DNA from: a virus
Taxonomy: Duplodnaviria; Caudoviricetes
Length of the DNA stretch: 60,565 nucleotides
IMG/VR virus record: IMGVR_UViG_3300003690_000008
Span: 1-60,565 of that record
Strand: one strand, 5' to 3'
A model generated the notes under the pieces. It had not been told where the DNA came from. It worked only from the letters and a program-made list of their open reading frames with translations, and made no database searches. The position numbers and the translations under genes were made by a program. This document shows positions 20,110 to 29,853 of the stretch, piece by piece. Position 1 is the first letter of the stretch; every line of letters starts with the position of its first letter.

Positions 20110-22206
20110 ATGCGAATCTTATTTCTGCTGCCGTCGTGTAACTACGGCGGTCCCGAGCGTTTCGTATCGACGCTCATCAATCACTTCCAGTACGCCGAAA
20201 CTGCCGGCGTTGTGTTCGTGACGAATTACGTCAACCCGAGCGTTTACAGCGACTTTGCGCAGCTAACCAACGTCTACAAGGCAACAGGAACCATAGCCGA
20301 GTGCCGAGACGTTATCGCGGAGGCATCCAAGGACGCCGACGTGATTATCAGCAACGGAATACCAGACCTACTCGTGCTCACCAGAGACATTGACCTACCG
20401 AAGATAGCAGTCAGCCATTGCAGCCACGAATGGGCAGAGCAAACGGCTAAAGTCGTCCACCAAGAGGCCCTCGGTGCCGATGTGCTCATTGGAGTAAGCG
20501 GCCCGGCCTATCTGTCGTTCCCTGAACACATGCAGCAACAGGCCAGCATCATTCCCCTGGGAGTGGATATCGAACATGCAGTGCCTAGGTTTGGTGCCAA
20601 AAACCAGCGCAAAGCGTGGCAGATACCGGAGAACAAAAAGATCGCTCTGTTTCTGGGACGCATGGCTGAAGTAAAGCGTCCCCACGTCCTCGTGAATGCC
20701 ATGCCATACCTGCCTGACTGGGTTGCGGTATTTGTCGGCGATGGTCCAGTTAAGAAACGCATCCAGCGTATGGTTGCTCGTGGAGGATTGGACGACAAGG
20801 TTTTATTTAGTCCACCAGTGCCTCACGTTGGAGACGTGCTTGACGCAGCGGACGTGCTTGTGGTCCCATCGGAGAGTGAGGCCATGCCTACGGCTGTCCT
20901 TGAAGCATGGTCGGCGGAGGTTCCGGTAGCCATGACGAGATGTGAGTTCGCCAAAGAGATTGAAGCTCGCCACGGTCCAATGCTACTAAAGACATTCCAA
21001 AAGGATGCCGGTCCAAAGACGGTTGCCAAGATTATCGAGGCGGCGGAAAGGGACCAGGGACGCACAGCAGAGTACGCGCTGGATGCTGTTCGAGATTGCT
21101 ACACGGCCAGCGCCATGGCAATGCGATGGGAAACACACCTAAACAAAGTCATGTCAACGTGGATGAACTCCGTGCTATCGCCTTCGAGGGCATTCGCTGC
21201 ACCCAAGGCCGGCAAAAAGAAGCTCCATGTCATCTGGGACACGAAAGGGTGGGCCTACTATCACAGAGCCAAGGCACTCGAAAAGTATGCACCCGACGAC
21301 TGGGAGGTCACGTCGAGCAATGAACTGCCATACAACCTGGAATCATACGACATCGTGCTTTTGCTTCGATGCGATGTCGTTCACGTGGTAGCCGAAAGAA
21401 TATTCACCCACGCCCCGCACGTAGTTCTGGTTGGTGGAGTAAATGTAGGACCAGGACGAGATGAGCACGCGGATGCAGTGGAGAGATGCTGTCCGTACAT
21501 CATCCACAACAACAAAAAAAGTTGGGATACGAGAATCGAGAACCCCATCCCCGGGCGCAGGCACTACTGGATCAGCAACGGCGTCGACTTGCAGACATTC
21601 TTCCCTACTGTCCCGATTGAGAAGAGACAAGAAAGGGTTCTCTGGATGGGATCGGAATACCACAAAGAGCTAAAGGGGTTTTCGGTCATTTCCCAAGTGG
21701 ATCACATACTGCTATCCAGGGGGATCACAACCGATATTCAACTGGTTGATTCCTCCAATCCCCCGTGGTCTCACGAGAGGATGCGAGAGTGGTACAATAC
21801 CGGCAGCCTGTTCGCTGTACTCAGCCAGTCGGAAGGCACGCCTAACCCGGCTCTGGAGGCCGCTGCTTGCGGCTGTGGGCTCGTGGCAACTGAGGTCGGG
21901 AATATCCCCGAACTCATAAACAGGGACGAGACAGGCCAGATAGTGCCTCCTAACGGGGTGGTTCCCTTGAGTAACCTGGAGCCGGAATACGTCGCGGATC
22001 AGATAGGGTATGCAATGGATTTGCGACATGAACTCAGTAAGAACATCCAAAATACCATCAAGTTAAATGGGTGGGCCTGGGCAGATCGCTCTCGCAGGTA
22101 CTTTGACTTGTTTAATCACATCCTGGCAGCCGACCCACCCCCAATGGAATGGAATTTGGCTATGTTAGGGACACCGGAACCGGTAACGCCGATAGAGGAA
22201 AAATGA
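20110..22206 (+). CDS. tandem GT-B (GT4-like) glycosyltransferase
   Basis: Two GT-B modules: PSESEAMPTAVLEAW and SQSEGTPNPALEAAACG. Confidence 0.9.
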   Translation: MRILFLLPSCNYGGPERFVSTLINHFQYAETAGVVFVTNYVNPSVYSDFAQLTNVYKATGTIAECRDVIAEASKDADVIISNGIPDLLVLTRDIDLPKIAVSHCSHEWAEQTAKVVHQEALGADVLIGVSGPAYLSFPEHMQQQASIIPLGVDIEHAVPRFGAKNQRKAWQIPENKKIALFLGRMAEVKRPHVLVNAMPYLPDWVAVFVGDGPVKKRIQRMVARGGLDDKVLFSPPVPHVGDVLDAADVLVVPSESEAMPTAVLEAWSAEVPVAMTRCEFAKEIEARHGPMLLKTFQKDAGPKTVAKIIEAAERDQGRTAEYALDAVRDCYTASAMAMRWETHLNKVMSTWMNSVLSPSRAFAAPKAGKKKLHVIWDTKGWAYYHRAKALEKYAPDDWEVTSSNELPYNLESYDIVLLLRCDVVHVVAERIFTHAPHVVLVGGVNVGPGRDEHADAVERCCPYIIHNNKKSWDTRIENPIPGRRHYWISNGVDLQTFFPTVPIEKRQERVLWMGSEYHKELKGFSVISQVDHILLSRGITTDIQLVDSSNPPWSHERMREWYNTGSLFAVLSQSEGTPNPALEAAACGCGLVATEVGNIPELINRDETGQIVPPNGVVPLSNLEPEYVADQIGYAMDLRHELSKNIQNTIKLNGWAWADRSRRYFDLFNHILAADPPPMEWNLAMLGTPEPVTPIEEK

Positions 22207-23165
22207 GCACTGCACTTACCATCAAAAAACTTCTCAACGAATTGGTCCCCATGGATGAAGCCAAGTCGTTCTTGGCTTCTGTATCCGACATCAGCCAGGT
22301 TGCTAACTTCACCAAGGCCATTGAAGCGGCCAAGATGATCGACGGTAAGAATGCCGAGCGGCGGAATTATTGGGGGGAGTTGGCGATCTGGAGCACCAAA
22401 CGGCTGGGGCAATTGATAATAGATGGGCAGAAGAAAGGGGAGATCGACAAGGCTGGCGGCAACAGAAAATCATTATCGCACGATGCGATAATGAAACTCG
22501 ACGACCTTGGCATCAAACCGGATCAATCAGCCCGCGCCCAGAAGATAGCAGCCATCCCAGACAAAACGATCAAGCAGTACGCTAAACAGCAGCAGGAAGT
22601 TGACGCGGACCAAGAAGTCGGTAAGGCAGGCTTGTTGCGATTCATCGGCTCTGGTGGAATCCTGGCCACCAAGCATGGCAATGACGTGATCGAGTGGTAC
22701 ACGCCACCCGCCCATATCGAGGCAGTCCGCGAGGTAATGGGCTCGATTGATTGCGACCCGGCCAGCAGCGCCTTCGCGCAAAAAACAGTTCAGGCAGGTG
22801 TTTATTACACAGCCAAGGACAGCGGATTAGATCACGAATGGAGCGGCAATGTATTCCTGAATCCACCATTCAAGACTCCATTGATTTCGCAATTCGTTGA
22901 TGGCCTTTGCGCTGAACTAGAATCAGGAAATGTCAAACAAGCAATACTACTCACCAACAATAACACGGACACTAAATGGTGGCATCAGGCGGCGACGTTA
23001 GCGGATGCTGTGTGTTTCACGGAAGGACGGATTAAGTTTTACAACGCCGCTGGAGAATGGTCATCTCCCACCAACGGCCAGACGCTCTTTTACTTTGGAA
23101 ACAAGGCAACGAAGTTTACTAGTGTCTTTGCAAGTATCGGGATCGTGCTATCATGCAAACCGTGA
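22203..23165 (+). CDS. phage N6-adenine DNA methyltransferase (Dam-like)
   Basis: EWYTP, IDCDPAS, VFLNPPF, GRIKF. Confidence 0.9.
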   Translation: MSTALTIKKLLNELVPMDEAKSFLASVSDISQVANFTKAIEAAKMIDGKNAERRNYWGELAIWSTKRLGQLIIDGQKKGEIDKAGGNRKSLSHDAIMKLDDLGIKPDQSARAQKIAAIPDKTIKQYAKQQQEVDADQEVGKAGLLRFIGSGGILATKHGNDVIEWYTPPAHIEAVREVMGSIDCDPASSAFAQKTVQAGVYYTAKDSGLDHEWSGNVFLNPPFKTPLISQFVDGLCAELESGNVKQAILLTNNNTDTKWWHQAATLADAVCFTEGRIKFYNAAGEWSSPTNGQTLFYFGNKATKFTSVFASIGIVLSCKP

Positions 23166-23939
23166 AAACGAAAATACAAAAAAGCGCCGTGGCATTCCGG
23201 GATACGGTATGGCCAGAGATAAGTAAATTCCTGGGCGGCGGAAGGATCGTTGCTGTCGAGTCGGTTGTGGATCGGGATTTCTTCAATCAATATCTCGATG
23301 CCTACAGCGGGATCGATACATGGCATGTCGATGACGACAAGAGCCGAATACGCGGATTGGCAATAAGGGTTCAGCGGACGAAGAAGCTATTTGAGTCACT
23401 GACCATCCGATTTCAGCGTCAGAGTGGACGAGACACCGAGATACACAAAAGATTGGCTGCAATAAACAGTCCAGAGCAGGGATGGCTTTGTCCTTCTTTG
23501 ATTGTACACGCCTACTGCCACCCAGTTGCGCAAGATGAATACGGAAGCCTCCGCGCTGTTGCTATAGCAAGGACGGCAGATGTTATACGGATCATAGCAA
23601 ACGGAAACCAAGGTACATCTTGGCGAGATACTGGAGATTGGTATCTGGACACAACCTCCATGAAATGGGGAAACTCAGACAGCACGCAATTTGCCGTTGT
23701 GCCCATAGAAACATTAAGAAAGCAGAACATTAAACACAAATGGATTTTATATGACCACCACAATAGAGATATCCAAAGAGGAGATGATTAAGATCATCCA
23801 GTCCTGGCTATCAGAAAAACAAACAGAGCAACTGAAAATCAAAGTCCCAAAGGTTGTAGACGTGGTAACCGAATGCGTCCATTGTGGGTGCGTAAACTAC
23901 AACGTATCCATTCCATTTCAGGTAACCCTTGAAGAATAA
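23153..23939 (+). CDS. two hypothetical proteins (23153-23791 possibly PD-(D/E)xK-like; 23751-23939)
   Basis: Coupled ORFs; LDAYSGID motif. Confidence 0.5.
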
Positions 23940-24027
23940 GGTGCGACTGGCTGGAATTGGATAAATGCCGTGAGCGAGACGAGTGCCTTGAGAAACTTCG
24001 CAAACTAGGAATCGTAGAGAAAGAAAA

Positions 24028-24297
24028 ATGAATAAAATAGCCGACCGCCCATCGCAAAGCCACCCACCCGGTATTGGCGATCCCTCAGCAGTCGATCACC
24101 CAGCGCATTATAACCAAGGAAAGCATGAGCCCATCGACGTTATCGAAGACTGGAAACTCGATTTCCACTTGGGTAATGTCATAAAATACATTGCCAGATC
24201 AGAACACAAAGGGAACCAACTCAAGGACCTAGAAAAGGCCATGTGGTATCTCGACAGAAAGATCAAAGCACATAAACGCGAGCTATCTAACGACTAA
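24028..24297 (+). CDS. DUF3310 family protein
   Basis: VDHPAHY..G..EPIDVIEDW.L.FHLGNVIKYI.R...KG....DLEKA.WYL. Confidence 0.9.
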   Translation: MNKIADRPSQSHPPGIGDPSAVDHPAHYNQGKHEPIDVIEDWKLDFHLGNVIKYIARSEHKGNQLKDLEKAMWYLDRKIKAHKRELSND

Positions 24298-24316
24298 TGC
24301 GATCACTTGCCTCCCT

Positions 24317-24385
24317 GGCCACGAGCACGGTGCCCGGTCGGACTCATAACCCAACCGGTTGAAGTTCGAGCCTTCTGCGTGGCCG
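24317..24385 (+). tRNA. degenerate tRNA-Met(CAU)-like element
   Basis: Acceptor stem GGCCACG/CGTGGCC; loop CTCATAA; T-arm GAAG-TTCGAGC-CTTC; D-arm truncated; anticodon stem has mismatches; no CCA. Confidence 0.45.
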
Positions 24386-24422
24386 GGGTTTTTGTTTGTT
24401 CATCACCATAAAGGATACTGTC

Positions 24423-25415
24423 ATGGCTAGAGTAAACTGGCTAAGAGACCCGATACTTGAATGGAAAATCAAGAACACTTTCTCGATGTCGTACAGGTTT
24501 ATTAAGGGAGTTGATGTCAGGAAAATCGACATCGAGTCCAGCAAAGAAAATCAAGCAAGGACCGAAGGGGATGTTATAATCGAAGATGAAGTGTTAGATC
24601 ATGCAAGAAACATGGAACAAGGAAACGCTTACACTCCATTGGTCCTGGTTCCAGTAAAGAACAGCAGATATCAATACATTATAATCGACGGCAATCAGAG
24701 GTATCACGGAATCCAGTACTACGACCCTGATTCCAACGCGACGATTGACGCATACGTCATAACAACCAAAGACAAGGCCAAGGTTGCCTGCTTAACGAGA
24801 CTCTTGAACTCCACCGAGATAAGAAAACTCCCGACCAAGGATTCGACTGCCATTCAGATCATTCAGACAGTAAACGATTTCCCTGAGACTACCGTGGATG
24901 AGCTATGCCTCAAAACCCACATGAAGCGGGATTACGTAATGCGTCACAAGCGAGCACAGGAAGTAACCATTGAACTTGCTAAGCGACGAATTGACATCTC
25001 AGGGCATTCGATTGCGACTAAGAATGATATTGGTAAAATCAGAAACCTGAACGCAATGTGCCAAGCAGGGGCGCTTGTGGTGGCGTATGGCCTATCCAGT
25101 CTACACGCGAAAGAATTGGTCGATGAGGTCAACTCCAAGAGAACAGAGAATGCACAGATGGCCACACTAGAAGAAGCAGATGCAAGATACAACGATCAGA
25201 TTCGAGTGACTCGAAAGCCTGGAAAAGATATAGGGAAGGTTAAGATTGCGGCACCTGCGTACATCAACCTAAACCAAAAGATGCACTCTGCATTCGTGTT
25301 TCTCACGAAGTACGGCACGAGGGGTAAGCTCGGAATAAAAACAAAAGATGGACTTGCTAAAGTCAGGAAAGAATGGAGTCAACTTCGCAAGTGCATGGAC
25401 AATCTACTAAAGTAA
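24423..25415 (+). CDS. ParB-like protein
   Basis: NQAR...YIIIDGNQRYHG. Confidence 0.6.
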   Translation: MARVNWLRDPILEWKIKNTFSMSYRFIKGVDVRKIDIESSKENQARTEGDVIIEDEVLDHARNMEQGNAYTPLVLVPVKNSRYQYIIIDGNQRYHGIQYYDPDSNATIDAYVITTKDKAKVACLTRLLNSTEIRKLPTKDSTAIQIIQTVNDFPETTVDELCLKTHMKRDYVMRHKRAQEVTIELAKRRIDISGHSIATKNDIGKIRNLNAMCQAGALVVAYGLSSLHAKELVDEVNSKRTENAQMATLEEADARYNDQIRVTRKPGKDIGKVKIAAPAYINLNQKMHSAFVFLTKYGTRGKLGIKTKDGLAKVRKEWSQLRKCMDNLLK

Positions 25416-25422
25416 AATACCC

Positions 25423-25794
25423 ATGACGCAAGGCGGAAGAAACGCGGCTACTCGTAGCTTTAGATTAAGCCAGGGGATATTGTCCTTCTTGACTGATCGT
25501 AAGTGGCATTACTCTACGGAGGTGATGGCCGAAGCAAGGATTTATATAACAGCCGAACGGGCAGTAAGGAGGGCAGAGAATTTAATCAAGAAAGGGAAGC
25601 ATAAAAGCGCCCCGGATATAGTAGCCAAGATTGACATTGGCATGAAGAAAATTATAGTCGATAGAATAAACCAACTTCGCCGGCAGGGTCATGTTAAAGT
25701 AAAGGGATACTGGCCTGACACTATGACAATAATCACTGAACATGGAATAAGTGAACATGGAAAATACATAGCACGGAAAGATAATCGAGAATGA
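25423..25794 (+). CDS. hypothetical basic protein
   Basis: Coupled ORF. Confidence 0.5.
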   Translation: MTQGGRNAATRSFRLSQGILSFLTDRKWHYSTEVMAEARIYITAERAVRRAENLIKKGKHKSAPDIVAKIDIGMKKIIVDRINQLRRQGHVKVKGYWPDTMTIITEHGISEHGKYIARKDNRE

Positions 25795-27032
25795 ATCCAA
25801 TAATCTCAGAGTTCAATGAATGCAGCAGCCATACATTGATCCATGGCTCGTGTCCACCTGCGATGAACGAGATACCAGACGAGAGTATCCACGTCTGCGT
25901 GACCTCGCCGCCTTATTGGGCAATGAGAAAGTATTCGGATACCGAACCTGTTGATTTTGGTGATGGATGGACAGAGCACCTTGGACAAGAATCAGATGCA
26001 GACATTTACGTCACGCATTTGGTGCAGATATTCAAGGAGGTAAATCGAGTCCTTCGAGACGATGGATTGTTGTTCCTGAATATCGGAGACACTCATAAAA
26101 AAGGAAGCCTCGATGGTATCCCGTGGAAGGTAGCCGAGAGGATGAAGCCAGGTTGGTTCCTTCGGCAGGAAATACAATGGTGCAAAAAAAGTCCGATGCC
26201 ACAAAGCATGTCCGGTTCATGTTGGGAGAAGTGCTGCGGAAACTGCGAAAAGTGCATTCCCTATAACGGATACAAGTACAGCCTTAACGCAGGCAGGCCA
26301 ACGACAGCGCACGAAGTGGTATTCATGTTCTCCAAGTCCGAGAACTACTTTTACAATCAGGAGTCAAACAGAGTCGCCAGCAAAGAACCACCGGCAAGTG
26401 GAGGCGTGAGTTCCAGCGGATACGACAAAGAAAAACACAAGGGCAGAACCGAAGCACTCGCAAGACCCCCAGCGACAACGCAAGACCGAGAATACAACCC
26501 CCGAGGCAGAAACCTCTGGTCATACTGGACCGACATATCGCATCGTGGTGGATTCAAAGGCAAGCACTTTGCCACAATGCCCATAGACCTAGCCGTCAGG
26601 TTAATTAGACTCGGGACAAGCGAGGCCGGGTGTTGCCCAGAGTGTGGAGATCAGTTTGCTCCGGTCGTATCCAAGCGGCGGCGGGCCACTAGGTCTGGCG
26701 ACCAAAACAAACGAAAGGATGCAGGTAAGGAGGCGGGAAACGTAGACCACAAGAGACATGTCACGGACACGCTAGTTGAGGCGTGGTGGCCAACATGTAA
26801 GTGCGATGCTGCGGCAGACGAGGCACCATGCAGGGTACTTGATCCATTTGCTGGCGTGTGTACAACAGGCTTAGCTGCCAAGGCGTTGGGCCATGTATTC
26901 ACCGGAGTGGAGCCTAGTGAAGAATACCTCTTGCTTGGCATCGACAGAATGAACAAGCCTTTCTCTCGGCCTAAGATTGCACCGATAAAACAACATGGCT
27001 CACTCCCTGGGCAATTGAGTTTATTCCCGTGA
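25791..27032 (+). CDS. DNA methyltransferase (SPPY, probably N4-C) with Cys-rich inserts
   Basis: VTSPPYW, HFATMP, VLDPFAG. Confidence 0.9.
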   Translation: MNPIISEFNECSSHTLIHGSCPPAMNEIPDESIHVCVTSPPYWAMRKYSDTEPVDFGDGWTEHLGQESDADIYVTHLVQIFKEVNRVLRDDGLLFLNIGDTHKKGSLDGIPWKVAERMKPGWFLRQEIQWCKKSPMPQSMSGSCWEKCCGNCEKCIPYNGYKYSLNAGRPTTAHEVVFMFSKSENYFYNQESNRVASKEPPASGGVSSSGYDKEKHKGRTEALARPPATTQDREYNPRGRNLWSYWTDISHRGGFKGKHFATMPIDLAVRLIRLGTSEAGCCPECGDQFAPVVSKRRRATRSGDQNKRKDAGKEAGNVDHKRHVTDTLVEAWWPTCKCDAAADEAPCRVLDPFAGVCTTGLAAKALGHVFTGVEPSEEYLLLGIDRMNKPFSRPKIAPIKQHGSLPGQLSLFP

Positions 27033-27502
27033 ACAAATACGAATACCGAATCATGTGCCCCGGAGACTCCCACGAGGTATCTATATTAGATGCGTCGTCA
27101 TTTGGTGAACACTGGGATAAGGATAAGTTCGAGGAGGAAGTGTCTTTAGGTAGATCGGTTGGAATGATTGCAACACACAAGGAGAAGATCGTCGGTTTCA
27201 TTATGTGGAAGACAAAGCCATTCACAACAATCTCAATCATTGCCGTACATGAACGCCACCGAAGAAAGGGTATCGGTATAAATCTGGTTTTCAATTCAAG
27301 CAGGATGGACTGGCCTGAGTACTTCGTAAGTCCATACGAAATGGTAACCATCCACGTAGAGACGACCAATCACACAGCGCAGCGCTTCTGGAATAAGCTA
27401 GGGTTCGCCAAGTTCTCGACCATACCCGAGTACTACGGAGACAATAGGAATGCCAACCTAATGCGTTGCATAGCAGGTAATATCCTGGAGCCGACAAAAT
27501 GA
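27029..27502 (+). CDS. GNAT acetyltransferase (RimI-like)
   Basis: IAVHERHRRKGIG; N..AQRFW.KLGF...IPEYY. Confidence 0.85.
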   Translation: MNKYEYRIMCPGDSHEVSILDASSFGEHWDKDKFEEEVSLGRSVGMIATHKEKIVGFIMWKTKPFTTISIIAVHERHRRKGIGINLVFNSSRMDWPEYFVSPYEMVTIHVETTNHTAQRFWNKLGFAKFSTIPEYYGDNRNANLMRCIAGNILEPTK

Positions 27503-27972
27503 AATCAAAGCACGCAAGAATCCGAGCCCAGCAATGCCTGCAACTTGCAACCGCGTCCAATTGCCCACGGAGGCAGTTTGGATCGCTGCTGCTTGATCCG
27601 GTTAGGAATGTTGTGGTAATGGACGGATACAACGGGGGACCAAGGGGCGGGTCATCTCTTTGTGGCGGCGAGGAGACGTGCCTGCGGACAGAGAACGACT
27701 ACCACTCTGGAACCCACGTTGAGGTTGGATGCGTCCACGCGGAAATGAATGTCATCTGCAACGCGGCCCGATGCGGAGTATCCACCGACAAGATGTGGCT
27801 CTTGATAAACGGAGAGCCGTGCATGATGTGTGCTAAGTTGATCCATCACTCAGGAATAGCTAAGATCGTAATAATCAAAGGCGTCTACGAGACCAACAAC
27901 GGAATAGAATACCTTTTGAAGCACGGAGTTGACATTGTTCAGGATGACCTTAGCCCATGGCAATGCAAATAG
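27499..27972 (+). CDS. dCMP deaminase family protein
   Basis: GYNG, HAEMN and PCMMC motifs. Confidence 0.9.
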   Translation: MKSKHARIRAQQCLQLATASNCPRRQFGSLLLDPVRNVVVMDGYNGGPRGGSSLCGGEETCLRTENDYHSGTHVEVGCVHAEMNVICNAARCGVSTDKMWLLINGEPCMMCAKLIHHSGIAKIVIIKGVYETNNGIEYLLKHGVDIVQDDLSPWQCK

Positions 27973-28427
27973 CCAAAGATAAGATAGTTGGTCGGGTTCG
28001 TGCGAGGGACATTTCCAATGTGGCCGTAGATGTGATATTCGACGAATTCACGAGCATCAAGAACGAGCATGGACTTGACGCTGCGATGACGTTCATTAGA
28101 AAGGTAAGGGACGAGCTAAACAATCTTCTGAGAGAAAAGCCTACGACGGCAGGCGTTGCGAAAGCGGAGCCCAAGGCAGAAAACAAACTGCCAATCGCCG
28201 GCTCGCAGGGCGCACCAGAAAGAGCACTCGAAAAAATAGTGTACGCACTATCTCTTGTGGATGATTTCCCAGACGATGCCCCAGAGAGCGGAAAGAAATG
28301 GGCCAGGTCTGTTGACGAGACGCTCAGGAGTATCTCAGAGACAATAGAAACGTATCATGTCGTATCTCAAAAGCAGATTAAGGCCATCGAAAACATAACA
28401 GAAGCATTAGAGAAATGGATGCCGTAG
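27957..28427 (+). CDS. hypothetical protein
   Basis: Coupled ORF. Confidence 0.55.
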   Translation: MAMQIAKDKIVGRVRARDISNVAVDVIFDEFTSIKNEHGLDAAMTFIRKVRDELNNLLREKPTTAGVAKAEPKAENKLPIAGSQGAPERALEKIVYALSLVDDFPDDAPESGKKWARSVDETLRSISETIETYHVVSQKQIKAIENITEALEKWMP

Positions 28428-28466
28428 TTTTGTTTTGTAGTCACTAACCAAAAGAAAGAAAGAAGC

Positions 28467-28670
28467 ATGAAAACCGGAACGATAAAAAACCTAATAGAAG
28501 ACAAGGGGTTTGGTTTCATCGAGAGCGAGGAGGCAGGGCAGAAGGATTTATTCTTTCACGCCACAAAATGCACGACTCCATTTGATGAGCTTCGCAAGGG
28601 AGACGAGGTTAGATACGAGATCGGGAAATCCGACAAGGGTCCGGTAGCCGAACAGGTTACACTTGTGTAG
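28467..28670 (+). CDS. cold-shock domain protein
   Basis: KGFGFI (RNP1) and DLFFHA (RNP2), KGPVA. Confidence 0.95.
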   Translation: MKTGTIKNLIEDKGFGFIESEEAGQKDLFFHATKCTTPFDELRKGDEVRYEIGKSDKGPVAEQVTLV

Positions 28671-28795
28671 CAAGGGAGTGTACGTGGATACCAACGCATT
28701 GATGAGATTGACATTGGAATGAGCCGAGCGGAAGCGGAAGAATGCTCAAGGGGATGGATAAAAATGACCAGCATCATCCTGGATTACTTTGAGTC

Positions 28796-29206
28796 ATGGA
28801 AAAAATAAGCAATGAGATCGAATCACTTGGCCGGCGAGCCGAAGTCCACATGTCTCACCAGGAGTGGTCGGCCGCGCATCACTGTATCGAGTTAGCCAGA
28901 AAGAGCTATGACGCAAGATGCACCAACGGATCACACAAAAAAGTCAGCCAAAAAAACCTGCTGAAAATGAGTACAATCGAGGCAGGTGTCAGCATTAGAA
29001 CAGCAAACCAACTGGAGAGGCACGGAGTCACGACGATGGGTGATGTAATGAAGACTAGGATGTCTGAAATGAAATCGTGGAATAATGTCGGCCCAAGGAC
29101 GATAAATGAAATCTTGCGAGTCGCGGAAAAGGTTGGGCTAATCGATAAGTGCCGGGGCTGCGGAAAACACTATCCAGCAGGAGGGGATTGCGGTTGTGGA
29201 TATTAA
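28796..29206 (+). CDS. RNA polymerase alpha-CTD-like domain protein
   Basis: VSIRTANQLERHGVTTMGDV...NVGPRTINEI. Confidence 0.75.
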   Translation: MEKISNEIESLGRRAEVHMSHQEWSAAHHCIELARKSYDARCTNGSHKKVSQKNLLKMSTIEAGVSIRTANQLERHGVTTMGDVMKTRMSEMKSWNNVGPRTINEILRVAEKVGLIDKCRGCGKHYPAGGDCGCGY

Positions 29207-29298
29207 AGAAGCAATAGAAAAGCGAAGAGTCAACCGAAACTGGACTTCATTGCTTAACGCCCAGTCTGTATGATTAAATCTCCAAAAGGAGAACTGCC

Positions 29299-29655
29299 AT
29301 GCAAACTTTCGCCCAATCCAACTACGTCGCCGACCAAGACGCCCCGATTGTCATCAAGTACGCGGCAATCAACGTGGCCGGCAGCGGCAACAACACCCTT
29401 GTCGCGGCGGTGACAGGTAAAAAGATACGAGTCTTGTCATTGACCCTGGTAGTTGCTAGTGCCGTGACAGCCCGTTTTGAAAGCGGGGCCAGCGGGACAG
29501 CATTGACAGGGGAAATGCAGTTGGCCGCGAATGCTCAGTATCAACTGGGTTTCAATCCTGGCGGGCATTTTGAAACAGTCGCCGCCGCATTGCTAAATCT
29601 TGAACTAAGTGGTGCCATCGCTTGCGACGGACATCTAACCTACGTCGAAGTCTGA
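29299..29655 (+). CDS. putative virion structural protein
   Basis: Ala/Gly-rich beta protein; LVAAVTGKKIRV; AAGGGAG RBS. Confidence 0.55.
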   Translation: MQTFAQSNYVADQDAPIVIKYAAINVAGSGNNTLVAAVTGKKIRVLSLTLVVASAVTARFESGASGTALTGEMQLAANAQYQLGFNPGGHFETVAAALLNLELSGAIACDGHLTYVEV

Positions 29656-29725
29656 TTCGACGCGACCAGACGACATAAGAAGTCGCTGGTTCCCATGGCG
29701 GCGTTTTCTCTAAAAACACACCTAC

Positions 29726-29755
29726 AATTGCATGTAATTGTATGTAATTGCATGT
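29726..29755. repeat. three tandem 10-bp repeats AATTG(C/T)ATGT
   Basis: aattgcatgt-aattgtatgt-aattgcatgt in the intergenic region before the head genes. Confidence 0.9.
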
Positions 29756-29853
29756 AACCCAATGCACCATTCTTTTGCACTGGTGTTGTGGCTTTTTAGT
29801 CCTGTCCCTATTCTCGCCTCATCGCGTGAATTGTCTCATTCAAGGACAGGCTA

